Below are positions 62,885 through 64,000 of a stretch of 64,000 nucleotides of DNA, piece by piece. The notes beneath the pieces were generated by a model. The model was not told where the DNA came from. It did no database searches and saw nothing but the letters and a program-made list of their open reading frames with translations. The position numbers and the translations under genes were made by a program. Positions within the stretch are counted from its first letter, which is position 1. Every line of letters starts with the position of its first letter. This DNA comes from a virus, in the IMG/VR virus record IMGVR_UViG_3300025117_000031, positions 64,001 to 128,000 of that record. The stretch is one strand, 5' to 3'.

Positions 62885-63325
62885 GTGAATAAAATGTCAG
62901 GTGATGATATCCGTGAGCAAATTAAGGAAATGTATCGAGAGATTATTTCCGAAAACCTTGGTCTTAACAAGTTGTTGGAACAAGATGCTCCTCCGGGAAG
63001 AGAAATTGATCGGAATCAGGCGGTGATGAATGAGAAAATTCAGGAATATTACGAAGGTATTCTTGATGATCAGAATGAATTCTATGACAACGTAATGATG
63101 TATGTCTATGAAAACGGGGAACAGATGGGTCTAGATAAATACCCAGAGTTTCCAGAAGACGGCTCTGATTTAAACAAACTAAGCACCTTTGAAAGTAGAA
63201 TGCGGCAGAGTTTAAAATCAGCAGGGAAAAAGAAACTACAAGGTCTTGCTGGACAAATTCAAAATCTGACTCTTCGTGTTGCTACAGCCATGGCCAACCA
63301 AGACCTCCAAGAGGTTTTGAAATAA
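62885..63325 (+). CDS. Hypothetical protein (possible internal head protein)
   Basis: AAGGAG RBS, GTG start, IKEMYREIISE leader. Confidence 0.6.
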   Translation: MNKMSGDDIREQIKEMYREIISENLGLNKLLEQDAPPGREIDRNQAVMNEKIQEYYEGILDDQNEFYDNVMMYVYENGEQMGLDKYPEFPEDGSDLNKLSTFESRMRQSLKSAGKKKLQGLAGQIQNLTLRVATAMANQDLQEVLK

Positions 63326-63337
63326 GAAAGAGAAAAA

Positions 63338-63862
63338 ATGAAAATTATAGGTCTTGATGTAAGTACATCTATTACTGGATGTGCTGTACTAGATGAGAAT
63401 GGTGACGTATTAGAATCAGCGGCTTGGAGAACCGAGAAGCTAGAGGGTCTTGAAAAAAAAGCAGACTTTATTCACGACCAAATAGATAAACTTTCCGAGA
63501 AATACAAAGGCGATTGTATAGTTTATATCGAAGATTGTGCAAAGAAGTTTTCTTTTGGTAAGTCTTCTGCACAGACTCTGCGTATTTTATCTCAATTTAA
63601 CGGGATGATTACTTATATTTCTCACATGTATTTTAAAAGAGTAGAAAAGCTTACTCCCTCAAGAGCAAGAAGCCTGTGCGGAGTAAAGGTTAAAAGAGGA
63701 GAAAACGGAAAAGAGAAGGTATTTGATTTAATCAAAAAAGAATCTTGGTTTTCTTATAAAGAAACAGCGAAGGGCAATCCGGAACCAGGCACCTACGATA
63801 GGTGTGACGCTTTGATTATGGCAAGAGCGGGTTTAAAAGAATGCTCTCCTCTCAACAAATAG
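63338..63862 (+). CDS. RuvC-like Holliday junction resolvase
   Basis: IIGLDVSTSITG, VYIED, DRCDA acidic RNase H-fold motifs. Confidence 0.8.
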   Translation: MKIIGLDVSTSITGCAVLDENGDVLESAAWRTEKLEGLEKKADFIHDQIDKLSEKYKGDCIVYIEDCAKKFSFGKSSAQTLRILSQFNGMITYISHMYFKRVEKLTPSRARSLCGVKVKRGENGKEKVFDLIKKESWFSYKETAKGNPEPGTYDRCDALIMARAGLKECSPLNK

Positions 63863-64000
63863 AAATTCTTAAAAACGTTTTAGGCGAATACGACTTAAAA
63901 AAAAGAGGCACAGAGCTATATTTTTATTGTCCATATTGCGAACACTATAGAAAGAAATTTGCAATCAACATTGAAAGCGGCAAGTTTCATTGTTGGAAGT
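63841..64000 (+). CDS. DNA primase, N-terminal zinc-binding domain (partial, runs off window)
   Basis: Manual translation MLSSQQIEILKNVLG...FYCPYCEH...INIESGKFHCWK. Confidence 0.7.
   Translation, partial: MLSSQQIEILKNVLGEYDLKKRGTELYFYCPYCEHYRKKFAINIESGKFHCWK

Noticed and set aside
1-64000. CRISPR array, tRNA or rRNA genes
   Set aside because: No regularly spaced repeats or cloverleaf motifs seen by eye; intergenic gaps are too short. The Cas4-like gene is a solo phage nuclease. Not confirmed with scanning software.
1-64000. Stop-codon recoding as in some jumbo phages
   Set aside because: Known families are full length and tightly packed in the standard code, and TAA, TAG and TGA all end genes.

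Overview
A gene-dense, AT-rich 64-kb segment of a large tailed (jumbo, myovirus-like) bacteriophage genome that reads cleanly in the standard code. From 1 to 10.4 kb (minus strand) is a nucleotide-sugar and glycosylation operon: SAM methyltransferase, SDR epimerase, ThDP enzyme, NeuB-cupin fusion, HAD phosphatase, four glycosyltransferases and an intein-containing Gmd. An AT-rich divergent spacer follows, and almost everything after it is on the plus strand: a multidomain ligase-like/nucleotidyltransferase protein, PIN-PhoH, a Cas4-like nuclease, two GT4 glycosyltransferases (one with an intein), a gp55-like late sigma factor, and a baseplate/tail module (gp5-like hub with M15 peptidase, gp25-like, gp6-like, a 3723-aa LamG/beta-propeller protein, tail-collar-like paralogs). 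The right end holds a polynucleotide kinase, a CCA-adding enzyme, an ADP-ribosyltransferase-like protein, a RuvC-like resolvase and the start of a primase. Two related ~1.38-kb GC-rich TnpB-only elements lie in inverted orientation, each beside a CTAATTA late-promoter-like motif. Main hypotheses: (1) a shared acidic-helix/L-x-E leader tags otherwise unrelated enzymes (CCA, ART-like, ligase-like polyprotein) for head packaging and protease release, giving an injected RNA-repair/counter-defence kit; (2) the sugar operon glycosylates virion proteins, which are strongly enriched in [ST]-G-[ST] triplets; (3) the TnpB elements have TIR-like ends, guides containing the late-promoter motif, and conserved full-length antisense ORFs. 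All functional calls are from motif recognition by eye; no database searches were run.
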